DNA of 41,190 nucleotides, taken from assembly GCF_004010195.1 (NCBI RefSeq), contig NC_057750.1:13927518-13968707 (forward strand), written 5' to 3'. A program made the position numbers and the translations under genes. The DNA is from Chiloscyllium plagiosum (taxonomy: Eukaryota). Under the pieces are notes generated by a model, which was not told where the DNA came from, did no database searches, and saw nothing but the letters and a program-made list of their open reading frames with translations. Positions 9,935-20,474 of the stretch are shown one piece after another. Each line of letters starts with the position of its first letter. Within the stretch, counting starts at the first letter, position 1.

Positions 9935-10525
9935 AGGGTGTTCCTGGCAAGGTTAATATTTATTGCCCAGAGGGCAGTTACATTGCTGTGGGTCTAGAGT
10001 CACATGCCAGACCAGGTAAGGATGGTAGTTTCCTTCCCTTCACGACCCAGATGGGTTTTAATGACCATCCACAATGGCTTCTCATGGTCACCATTAGACT
10101 CCAAATTCCAGATTTTTAAAACAGTTGGACTCAAATTCACCCATCTGCCATGGTGAGGTTTGAACCCAGGTCCCCAGAACATTACCTGGGTCAGTCCCAA
10201 CCCTCAGACTCAGCACTGCCTTCTTGACCTGCAATCTTCTTCCTGACCTCTCCGCCCCCACCCCCTCTCCGGTCTATCACCCTCACTTTAGCCTCCTTCC
10301 ACCTATCGCATTCCCAACGCCTCTCCCCAAGTCCCTCCTCCCTACCTTTTATCTTAGTCTGCTTGGCACACCCTCCTCATTCCTGAAGAAGGGTTTATGC
10401 CCAAAACGTCGATTCTCCTTCTCCTTTGATGCTTCCTGACCTGCTGCGCTTTTCCAGCAACACATTTTTAAGCTTAATCACTGGATTAATAGCCTAACGA
10501 TAACATCGCTAGGCCATTGCCACCC
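9935..10525 (-). mobile_element. tRNA-derived SINE (non-HE1 family), interrupted by a PLE fragment
   Basis: Head GGCAATGGCCTAGCGATGTTATCG...ATTAATCCAG and B-box GGTTCAAACC. Same family as 12238-12420 and 17812-18190. Confidence 0.75.
10192..10472 (+). mobile_element. PLE family A terminal repeat with mutated hammerhead
   Basis: Matches 1-185 and 41100-41190. Core reads CTGAAGAAGGGTTTATGCCCAAAACGTC (GAAA changed to AAAA). Confidence 0.85.
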
Positions 10526-10734
10526 CCGTACAAGCATTGGCCAACTTTCCACCTACTTGACCAGTCCCTTGTCATTTTTCTGCAGTCTGCAGCTTTCTGC
10601 CTCTTGACAGTGTGTTCTGAAGAAATGCAGGATTTTAATCTCCCCATCGTATAGGGCAACATTTACAAAATTATTGGTGGGACTGGGGGGGTTTGCATTA
10701 CTAAGGAGAGGCAGGAATGCTTTTTGTTTCCCTG

Positions 10735-11275
10735 GAGGGTGAGGGGTGACTTTATAGGAATGACGATGGGCATGGATTGAGTGAATTATCAAGGTCTTTT
10801 TCCCAGTGTAGGGGAATCCGAAACTAGAGGGTATAGGTTTAAGATGAGATGGGGAAGAGTTAAAAGGGACCTGAGGGACATCTTTTTCACACAGAGGGTG
10901 GACCGTGTACGGAATGAGCTGCCAGAGGATGTGATGGAGGTTGGTACAATTATAACATTTAAAAGGCATCTGGATGGGTATACGAATAGGAAGGGTTTTG
11001 AGGGATATGGGCTAAACGCTGGCAAATGGGACTCGTTCAGTTTGGGATACTTGTATGGCCTGGACGAGTTAGACTGAAGGGTCTGTAACCGGGCTGTATG
11101 ACTCTTTGACAGTTACAACATACAAAAGATAAGTACATGAGTAGGAAAGGTTTGGAGGGTTAAGGGCTAGGAGCAGGCAGGTGGAATTAGTTTAATTTGG
11201 GAAAACTGGTCAGCATGGATGAGTTGGACGGAAGGATCTGTTTCTATGCTTTATGACTCTATGACTATGATTCTG
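10735..11275 (+). mobile_element. CR1 3' end plus a second tandem 3' tail
   Basis: ORF 10781-11077: FFTQRVDRVRNELPEDVMEVGTIITFKRHLDGY. Two successive 3' UTRs ending in (CTATGACT)n-like repeats. Confidence 0.88.
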
Positions 11276-12049
11276 TGACATCATTGAAACAGATTATCTG
11301 CTCGTTTATTTAACTAAAGCCTCCGGGACACTGCTGGGAAAATGAGATACCTTCGCTGTCGCAGAGACTGGAGTTTGAAAGTGTTCATGAATTGTAAAGC
11401 GTTTTGAGAAGCAAAGTGCTACACACATGCAGTCCCTGTCATCTGCTGAGGCAGCCTCAGATACCACGGCAGAAACTAAAAGGAAATTGTCAACAAACCT
11501 GGACACAGCTTCGTCAGGCAAAGCAATGGAAAAATGATGAAAAGCGAATTAACCCAGAACTTTAGTAAATGTGAGGCTACCTTCCAGATCTGGGTTAGTA
11601 TTATAGCAAACAGAACAAAGATTACAGATACTCACACAAAGGGGCATGAATTAGCAGCACTTGAGGTGACAGAAAGGGAAAGTGCTTATCTGACCAAACG
11701 CCAGAATAATGAAAGACGTAGCAATTCAATAGAACGAAGAACTCTAAAGTTTGCATGTGAAGGTGCAGGAAATGAAGAGTATTTTTTTTGTTTCAATAGT
11801 TTTCTGTAACAACACTCTTCTGTGGTCTAAATGTAAAAAAGGTGAGGTGCATAGATTCAGTTCACCTCGAAATCTATTGAGGATTTATTTCCAGATGTCT
11901 GCGATACAGAGTAAGCTCCTGACACAGTCTGGCCCTACAATGTTGCAGTGCAGAGAGTCAGAGACCTGTGGTCATATGCTAACTCCTGGGTACTTGACAC
12001 TTTTGCACATTAAGTTCTTTGAGGGAGATCACTCCAAATGTAAGAGCAA

Positions 12050-12750
12050 CAACATTCCTGGGATGGCAAGATTGATGCAATGGGAGGGAGATTGGATCAG
12101 TAAGGATTATATTCACTGGAGTTTAGAAGAATGAAGAGGGAAATCTCATAGAAACCTGTAGAATTCTTTCAGGATAAGCACAGGAAGGATGTATCCCATA
12201 GCCAGGGGGTCCCAGTCTAAGGATATGGGGTAGGCCATGAATGGCATTAGTGACCCAAATAGGTTTTAACAACCATCCACAATGGTTTCCTCATGATCAC
12301 CATTAGACTCTGAATTCCAGATTTGCTTTTTAATTGAACTCAAATTCCTCCATCTGCCATGGAAGGATTTGAACCCAGATTAACAATCTAGAGATAATGT
12401 CACTAGTTCACTGCCTCCCCGGTACAAATATCTGTCCATTTTCCACATACTTGACCAGTCCCCTGATATTTTTCTGCATTCTGCAGCTTTCCTCCTCTTG
12501 GCAGTGGCCAAGGACTGAGATGAGGAGAAATCCAGAGAGTGGGGCACCCGTGGAATTCAGTAAAGCAGAAAGTTGAGATGAAGACGCTGCATGTTTTCAA
12601 GAAAGAGTTTTTAAACCTAAAGAGACTAAAGAAAGGCAGCAGGAACAGGGGACTGAGTTGGAAGATCAGCCATGATCATATTGAATGGCAGAACAGGCTC
12701 AAAGGGCCGAATGGCCTAATCCAGTCACAGTCTTCAATGTTTCAATATGA
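12050..12750 (+). mobile_element. Degenerate CR1 3' end split by an insertion at 12238-12505
   Basis: GGAGTTTAGAAGAATGA...GGGGTAGGCCA | AGGACTGAGATGAGGAGAAAT...AAGGGCCGAATGGCCT is continuous across the insertion. Confidence 0.7.
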
Positions 12751-12974
12751 AGTGGGGTATTTTCCCAGAAAGCTGAACAGCTAATCTCTAAGACCAAGTG
12801 CAGGTTGTGAACAAGTCAGTCCCCTATAGCAAACCTGTGTGGCTCACATACTAAAATATATAAAAGAGTTGTTTACTTAAATAAATCATTCACACACCAC
12901 CCTGCCCCCACCCCAGCCAAAAATAAATTGCAGATCGGTTGAGACAATGTGACCCCAGTGTGCCTAATGTGTGA

Positions 12975-13215
12975 CTCTGTGGTAGTGTTTTATTCACATC
13001 GACGGATGGCTCATTTCAAGGGGTTGAGTTATCTGCTGGCTAATATTCTACACCGAAGTGTGACAGGGCAGCACTACTAAAAGTGCCATATTTCAGAGAG
13101 GAGACGAAACTAGGGCCAGAGTCTGCGAATTCCAAAACACAATATTGAAGACAACCATGACAGCGGTCTCTGGTGCTATGAACGATATTGACCCTCAGTC
13201 AGCTAAAAACAAGTT
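12975..13215 (+). mobile_element. Degenerate DeuSINE-like element
   Basis: GTGCCATATTTCAGAGAGGAGACGAAACTAGGGCC...ATATTGACCCTCA resembles the Deu domain. Confidence 0.45.
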
Positions 13216-13221
13216 ACATCA

Positions 13222-13522
13222 TTATACAATTCCTATAGTGTAGAAGCAGGCCATTCAGTCCATCAAGCCTATACTGACCCTGCAAAGAGCATCCTAACCC
13301 CATCAACCCATGGCTAATCAACATGACCTACACATTCCTGGACACTATGGGGTAATTTAGCATGGCTAATCCACCCTGACCTGCACATCTTTAGATGGGG
13401 GGAGGAAACCCACACAGACACGAGGAGAACATGCAAACTCCACACAGGCAGTCACCCAAGGCTGGAATTGAAGCCACATCCCTGGTGCCATGAGGCAGCA
13501 GTGCTAACCACTGAGCCACCTT
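13222..13522 (-). mobile_element. HE1-type V-SINE
   Basis: Homologous to 435-737 and 4787-5117. Confidence 0.85.
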
Positions 13523-14369
13523 TAAATGTCACGATGCCATTTGTATGGTGAGCACCCCAGCTACTAATAGTTGTTATAGTGCCGAGGCCATACCCCTACC
13601 TTTCAGCTGGGAGATTCAGGTTCAAGTCCCACCTCCTCCAGTAGTGTGCAGCAATATCTCTGAACAAGTTAATTTGAGAATATCTTTGTCGGTGGCTAAC
13701 TTCACTTTCAGTAAAGCACTTTTGGTCTTTGTGAGCTTGTGAAAGGTGCTACATAAATGGAAGTCTGCTAGGATCAGCAAGATCAGTCATCGGTGAACCT
13801 CAACACATAAAGTTGTTTAAAAAATCAAGTTAATTTCTCCTCTTGCCTTGAAGGAATCTGGACTCAAGAGTTGTCATGTTTAACCCATCTTGGAATCGCG
13901 CTACATTTGAGAGTAGATTGCCTGCTGGGAATGTGGGATTGTGGAATTTACACCTATTGAGCATCCTGATAAATGAGAAGAGTTGGACAATATTTTGAAT
14001 ATCTTTTCTCTGCGTGGAGACAGGAAGAAGCTTCCCTTAAATCGAAACAGACTTCCCTTTCGTGCTGTTCCAGAACTTCACAAAATTGTATCCAACTTGA
14101 GGAGTTATTACAACTGTTCCCCATCTCAGTTACAAGAACACAGACTGACAGGCAGCAGCACTGGGCTAGAGTTCCGCACATGTCGCCAATAAAGGAAGGT
14201 TTCAAGTAATCTGCATCCTCTGTTTCAAACCTTTCAGGTTGCACTTCAGAATTTTTCATGCGCTTACAAAGTGCAGCTGCAGTTTAATATAAATCGATCC
14301 AACGTAAAAATGCTTAGGCCATGGTTTCACCGCATTATCAGGTGGAGTCTGAAAAAACTGCCCCCATCC

Positions 14370-14545
14370 GCAGAGCCCAAGTCAGGAGTGCGAGGGAATA
14401 CTCCCCACATGCCCCTGGATGGGGGCAGCTCCAACAACACTCAAGAAGCTCGACACTATCCAGGACAAAACAGCCCCCGCTTGGTTGGCACCACACCCAC
14501 AAACATCCCCTCCCTCCACCACCGACGCTCAGTAGCAGCAGAGTG
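14370..14545 (+). mobile_element. CR1-superfamily (L2-like) LINE ORF2 C-terminal fragment
   Basis: Frameshifted AQVRSAREYSP..WMGAAPTTLKKLDTIQDK...SLHHRRSVAA. Confidence 0.65.
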
Positions 14546-14553
14546 TCGCTGGA

Positions 14554-14819
14554 TCTGGAATGGACTGTCTGAGAGTGTGGGGGATGCAGGTTCACTCGAG
14601 GGGTTAGGGTCTGGAATGGACTGTCTGAGAGTGTGGGGGAGGCAGGTTCACTCGAGGGGTTAGGGTCTGGAATGTACTGTCTGAGAGTGTGGGGGAGGCA
14701 GGTTCACTCGAGGGGTTAGGGTCTGGAATGGACTGTCTGAGAGTATGGGGGGAGGCAGGTTCACTCAAGGGGTTAGGGTCTGGAATGGACTGTCTGAGAG
14801 TGTGGGGGAGGCAGGTTCA
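14554..14819 (+). repeat. 56-bp tandem repeat, ~4.7 copies
   Basis: Unit TCTGGAATGGACTGTCTGAGAGTGTGGGGGAGGCAGGTTCACTCGAGGGGTTAGGG starts at 14554, 14610, 14666, 14722 and 14779. Confidence 0.97.
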
Positions 14820-15867
14820 ACCTCAACCTTCAAAACGGAATTGGTTCATTATCTGAAGCAACAACAGTGTTTGGTCTACTGGGCAGTAGGACAGGATGCC
14901 TTACTGTAATGGGGAACCAGTACTGACATAATGGATTGAACAGCTTCATCCATGTTGCATTCTTTGATTCTACTCAATGATTTGGTGATTCCCTTGAAAT
15001 ATGAATTAATGAAGAACGTTTTGAGACATTTAATTGCTATTAAACTACAATGAATTATTTTGTAGCTACGACAGAATCTATCCCAAGTAATATTTATTTA
15101 ATTGGGCAGTTTCTCTATTATTCACGACTGTGAATACTGTGACTGGGATTAACTTTACTCACAATAAACCACCTTATTGCTGGAAAAAAAAGGCATATTG
15201 CCAAACTTTTTTTATCTTGATTTCATCAGGATAGGATTGCAAGAATGTCAAATTTCAAAGGGAGCAACCACAGGGGAGGAAGTATAAATTGCTTTTCCCT
15301 CTGAATTCTGGCATTCTTGCAAGTGTCCTGGCAAGGGCAAAATCTTCGACAGCTTGTCTCTTCTCTCAGTAACACTCAAATGCTGCACCAGGAGGGAGCA
15401 TTTGTCTGTAACTCTCCTCCACTGACTATATTTTGCTGTGAAATCCCACTCTTATTGGGCCACCGCGCTGACGTTTCAGTCATGAACTCTGTTTGCTGAG
15501 GTTTACCGAGGCTGTGTTTGCTGCAGTTCAATGTTTAACGTAGGTATGATCACTGCTGCAAAAACAGACTGTTTGCTGTGAGCTCTGACATAAACCACTG
15601 GCAGGTGCATTGCTGTTGCTACCTAAGCCGTCAGTTTTTGTTGGAACCCTGGGGCTTAACCTGATACCACGTTTCTACTCGATCATGAACACTGTTGGCA
15701 TGGTTACATCAGAGCCAGGGTCCAAAATCTTTCCACTCTTAGGTGCAAAATGACTAAAAGGAAGTTTAAGGATCCGTTATTTGAAGATGAAAGGAATCAA
15801 AGAAAATATAGAACACAGTTAAGAACTAAACTTTATTTTAAGTTAATTCCTTTTTTTCCATACTCTT

Positions 15868-16143
15868 CCACGTGGGTGTCGCTGGCTGGGGAGGTGTCTA
15901 TTGACCTACTTGTTAATATCTAAGTCACTAGTTGTCATTGAGAAGGTAGTGGTGAGCTGCCTTCTTGAACCGCTGTAGTCCATGTAGACCCACGGTGCCC
16001 TTACGGAGGGAATTCCAGGATTTTGACCCAGCGACAGTGAGGGAATGGCGATATATTTCCAAATCCGGATGGTCAGTGGCTTGGAGGGGAACATGCAGTG
16101 GGTGGTGTTCCCCTGTATCTGCTGCCCATGTCCTTTTAGATGT
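15868..16143 (-). mobile_element. L2-like LINE 3' end
   Basis: Encodes TVAGSKSWNSLRKGTVG..GLQRFKKAAHHYLL (WNSL...FK LINE C-terminal motif), followed by a short tail. Confidence 0.7.
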
Positions 16144-17074
16144 TAATGTTGGTGGATTTAGAAGATTGGAAAGAATAAAAATAGAAGGGAATGGAAGGAC
16201 ATGGCAAACATTTATAGGATGACTATTATGGTAAATATTCATATTAGTGTCAATGCAGTCCTTAAGGACCCATAATGTCCCAGTACTATATATGCTGGCT
16301 GTTCAGCACACTGGGATGCTCCTGAGAGTCTTGACTTCAGTAGCAACATAGATTCATAGTCAACAGAGTTCAACAACAACAGCTTGCATTTCTGTAGCCC
16401 CCATGACATTGTGAAGCTCCTCAATGTGTTTTTGGGCAGCACTATCCCATCCTGAGAGTACTGTGGGCCATGACAAGCATGAGAAAGAAAACGTGATTCA
16501 CAGCATCAGGAGAAAGAAATCCGATTTTCCCCTTTACGTTTATCAGGAAGCAGCGAGATCCCTTTTCCCCCGTATATTTCTGGCTCGTTATTAGCTGGTC
16601 TCTGTCTTCTCATTTCTATGGAGTGCACAATTCTCCCAGGTGCCGGGGTGGGGGGGGGGGGGAAGCCAGGGAGTGTGAGGGAGGCAGGTTCCAATTGGAA
16701 GATCCGACAGTTTCTTCCTCAGCTCCCCACGTTGATCATCCGTCTCCAATATCTCATGACACTTGCCATAGGCAGTGATCACCCCCAACTTTCATCCATG
16801 GAATATGGCAGAGCACCAGCCTCACCATTGGGCAATCTCAGACTAAACTCAGAAGCGGCTGCATTTTTGGATCTCACTCTCAGTTTACCTCAGCCAGGTC
16901 ACTGCCTCTGTATCTGAATCTCAGGCATTTTAACTCACTGAGCCTTTCCGTGGACCTCTGCGATATGCAGACATGTTCAACACCAGATATGAGCTGCTAT
17001 ACATTGGGATATCACAAGGTGGTTTCGAATACAGCCATATTACCCAATACCCCTAACACCCAATCCACAGCCCA

Positions 17075-17452
17075 GACCAACACGGAAGCCAAACCTCTCA
17101 TCCATGGACTCCATTTACATGCCTCGTTGCTGGGGAAGGGGCTGCCAACATCATCAAAGACCCCTCCCACCTCAGTATTGCTCTCTTCTGTCAGGTGGAA
17201 GATAGAGGAGCTTGGACGCACGCAGCAACAGCTTCAAGAACAGCTTCTTGCTGCCGTTATTAAACTGCTGATCAGAGTCTTTAACTTCAAATAATGCTGA
17301 CCTTGTTACGTTCACTTTGTCTGCAGTTACAACCCTGTGTGCCTCATTCTGTCTAAGCACCCTATGATCTGCTTGTACTGCTCACAAAACAAAGCTTTTC
17401 ACTGTACTTAGGTACATGTGACTACAATCAATCGAATCAAATTAAATCAAAG
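17075..17452 (+). mobile_element. Rex1/Babar LINE 3' end
   Basis: Degenerate SMDSIY..RC..AANIIKDPSH...SGGR.RSL...FKNSF..AVIKLL. Tail CTTTTCACTGTACTTAGGTACATGTGAC followed by (AATCA)n. Confidence 0.75.
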
Positions 17453-17859
17453 TCAGCCACAAACTGCAACTTAAGGGCCCACGCTCTCACATTTTTCCAG
17501 TACTAAGACACAGACAGCAAAATGAAATCAGCCGTTTTACCTCAGTATTCACAAGACAGTAAAAATAAATCATCAAACACCCCCAAATAGTCTCTCCAAT
17601 GGTTCCTAATCAGACTTCTGAATAACCAATCCCAGAAATAATTAACTTCCAGACACCAATTTTGTACTTTAAGCAAAAGACTGAACAAACCTATTAAATG
17701 TAAACTGATACCAGCAGAGAGAAAATTAAACAGCGCGGTAACCTGATTAATGGCTATGCTTTAAACCTGAAACATTAGTTTTCAGCCCCATTCACACAGG
17801 CCAACAGAGTAGGGTGGTGATGGCTTAGTGGTATTATCACTAGAGTATTAATCTAGAGA

Positions 17860-18064
17860 AGAAAATGAGGTCTGCAGATGCTGGAGATCAGAGATGGAAA
17901 TGTGTTGCTGGAAAAGCGCAGCAGGTCAGGCAGCATCTAGGGAACAGGAGAATCGACGTTTCGGGCATTAGCCCTTCTTCAGGATAATGCCCGAAACGTC
18001 GATTCTCCTGTTCCCTAGATGCTGCCTGACCTGCTGCGCTTTTCCAGCAACACATTTCCATCTC
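17860..18064. mobile_element. PLE family A fold-back mini-insertion with 14-bp TSD
   Basis: Perfect 80-bp inverted arms at 17891-17970 and 17985-18064. TSD TATTAATCTAGAGA at 17846-17859 and 18065-18078. Confidence 0.92.
17951..17984 (-). ncRNA. Minimal hammerhead ribozyme motif
   Basis: Minus strand TC-CTGAAGA-A-GGGC-TAAT-GCCC-GAAAC-GTC-GATT. Confidence 0.7.
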
Positions 18065-18196
18065 TATTAATCTAGAGACTCAGGTAATGTCCTGTGGGCC
18101 TGAGTTTGAATCCTACCATTGTGGAATTTGAATTCAATTTTTTTTTAAATCTGAAATTAAGAGCCTAATGATGTCCACCAAACAATTGTCAATATC

Positions 18197-18725
18197 TGAT
18201 CTCCTTCCTATTGGAAAGATGTTGTGAAACTTAAAGGGTTCAGAAGAGATTTACAAGGATGTTGCTAGGTTTGGAGGATTTGAGCTACAGGGAAAGGTTG
18301 AATAGGCTGGGGCTGTTTTCCCTGGAGCATCAGAGGCTGAGAGGTGACCTTATAAAGGTTTATAAAATCATGAGGGGCATGGATAGGATAAATAGATAAG
18401 GTCTTTTCCCTGAGGTAGGAGAGTCCAGAACTAGAGGGCATAGGTTTAGGCTGAGAGGGGAAAGATATAAAAGAGATCTAAGGGGCAACTTTTTCATGCA
18501 GACGGTGGTACGTGTATGGGATGAGCTGCCAGAGGAAGTGATGGAGGCTGGTACAATTGCAACATTTAAGAGGCATCTGGATGGGTATATGAACAGGAAG
18601 GGTTTGGAGGGATATGGGCCGGGTGCTGGCAAGTGGGACTAGATTGGGTTGGGATATCTGGTCGGCACGGACTGGTTGGACCGAAGGGTCTGTTTCCATG
18701 CTGTACATCTCTATGAGTCTATGAT
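18197..18725 (+). mobile_element. CR1 3' end
   Basis: Closely similar to 1893-2345. Ends CATCTCTATGAGTCTATGA. Confidence 0.92.
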
Positions 18726-20266
18726 TGTCTGTGGCCTAGGATTTGGACTGTACATTAATTTAAAAACAAGAATGCTGGATGCTGGAAATCTAAAGTCATA
18801 CTCATACATGAGGAATAAGCGAAAGATCAGGGAGAAGGTAGGGCCGATCAGGGATAGCGGAGGGAACTTGTGCGTGGAGTCTGAGCAGATAGGGGAAGGC
18901 CTAAATGAGTTATTTGCTTCGGTTTTCACCAAGGAAAGGGAACTTGTTATAAATGAAAACTTAGAGGAGCTGGGATACAGTCTTGACCAGATCAAGACTG
19001 ATGAAGTTGATGTGCTAGAAATTTTGGAAAACATTAAGATCGATAAGTCCCCAGGGCCAGACCAGATTTATCCTAGGCTGCTCCGGGAAGCGAGAAAGGA
19101 GGTTGCGAAGCCGCTGGCGAGGATCTTTGCCTCCTCACTCTCCCCGGGAGTCGTACCGGAGGATTGGAAGGAGGCGAATGTTGTTCCACTTTTCAAGAAG
19201 GGTAATAGGGAAATCGCTGGCAATTACAGACCCGTCAGTCTTACATCTGTGGTCAGAAAAGTTTTGGAAAGAATTCTGAGGGATAGGATTTATGACTATT
19301 TGGCAAAGCATAGTGTGATTAAAGGCAGTCAGCCTGGCTTTGTGAGGCACAGGTCATGCCTCACAAATTTTATTGAGTTCTTTGAGGAGGTGTCAAGACA
19401 GGTGTATGACGGTAGAGCAGTGGATGTGGTGTATCTGGATTTCAGCAAGGCATTTGATAGGGTTCCCCATGGTAGGCTCATTCATAAAGTTAGGATGTAT
19501 GGAATACAGGGAGATTTGGCTATCTGGATTCAGAATTGGCTGGCTGACAGAAGGCAGAGAGTGGTTGTAGATGGAAAGTATTCTGCCTGGAGGTCAGTGA
19601 TGAGTGACATTCTACAGGGCTCTGTTCTTGGGCCTCTGCTCTTTGTAGCTTTTATAAATGACTTGGATGAGGAGGTTGAGGGGTGTGTTAGTAAATTTGC
19701 AGATGACACAAAGGTTGGAAGTGTAGCCGATAGTATCGAGGGCTATTGCAGGCTGCAGCGTGACATAGACAGGATGTAGAGCTGGGCTGAGAAATGGCAG
19801 ATGGGGTTCAACCTGGATAAATGCAAAGTGATACATTTTGGAAGGTCGAACTCGAATGCTGAATATAGGATTAAAGACAGGATTCTTGGCAGTGTGGAGG
19901 AACAGAGGGATCTGGGTGTGCAAGTACATAGATCCCTCAAAGTGAATCCAAGTGAATAGGGTTGTTAAGAAAGCATATGGAGTTTTGGCTTTCATTAACA
20001 GGGGTATCGAATTTAAGAGCCGCGAGGTTTTGCTGCAGCTGTACAAGTCCCTGGTGAGACCACACTTGGAATACTGTGTCCAGTTCTGGTCACCCTACTA
20101 TAGGAAAGAGACAGAGGCTTTGGAAAGAGTGCGAAGAAGGTTTACCAAGACGCTGCCTGGACTGGAGGGCTTGCCTTATGAAGAAAGGTTGAATAAGCTC
20201 GGACTTTTCTCTCTGGAGAGAAGGAGGAAGAGAGGAAACCTGATCGAGGTGTACAAGATAATGAAA

Positions 20267-20474
20267 ATTAAAAATCACACAACACCAGGTTATAGTCCAA
20301 CAAGTTTAATTGGAAGCACACTAGCTTTCGGAGCGACGCTCCTTCATCAGGTGATTGTGAGCGTCGCTCCGAAAGCTATTGTGCTTCCAATTAAATCTGT
20401 TGGACTATAACCTGGTGTTGTGTGATTTTTAACTTTATACACCCCAGTCCAACACCCACGTCTCCGAATCAAAA
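20267..20474. mobile_element. PLE family B fold-back mini-insertion
   Basis: Inverted arms at about 20268-20338 and 20359-20432, plus a ~40-nt one-sided tail. TSD ATAATGAAA at 20258-20266 and 20475-20483. The CR1 reading frame resumes after it. Confidence 0.88.
20319..20353 (-). ncRNA. Minimal hammerhead ribozyme motif (family B)
   Basis: Minus strand CAC-CTGATGA-A-GGAGC-GTC-GCTCC-GAAAG-CTA-GTG. Stem I is CAC/GTG and the stem III palindrome is AGCT. Confidence 0.75.

Larger units (their letters stand above)
17812..18190 (+). mobile_element. tRNA-derived SINE interrupted by a PLE fold-back
   Basis: GTGATGGCTTAGTGGTATTATCACTAGAGTATTAATCTAGAGA | CTCAGGTAATGTCC...GAGTTTGAATCCTACC. Confidence 0.75.

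Noticed and set aside
11306..11809. Short ORFs and possible exons in a repeat-poor stretch
   Set aside because: Weak splice sites, no phase-0 open exon compatible with the 25221 donor, and no recognisable protein.
13954..14259. 101-aa minus-strand ORF (MKNSEVQPERFETED...) in apparently unique sequence
   Set aside because: No recognisable domain or convincing splice sites, and the length is compatible with chance. TBLASTN conservation would be needed to revive it.
14554..14819. CRISPR-like array or interstitial telomere
   Set aside because: No unique spacers, eukaryotic context, and TTAGGG occurs once per unit rather than in tandem.
18649..19779. 376-aa ORF as a functional gene
   Set aside because: Chimeric ORF. 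Its first ~50 codons come from upstream repeats, and the rest is a 5'-truncated CR1 RT ending at a premature stop.
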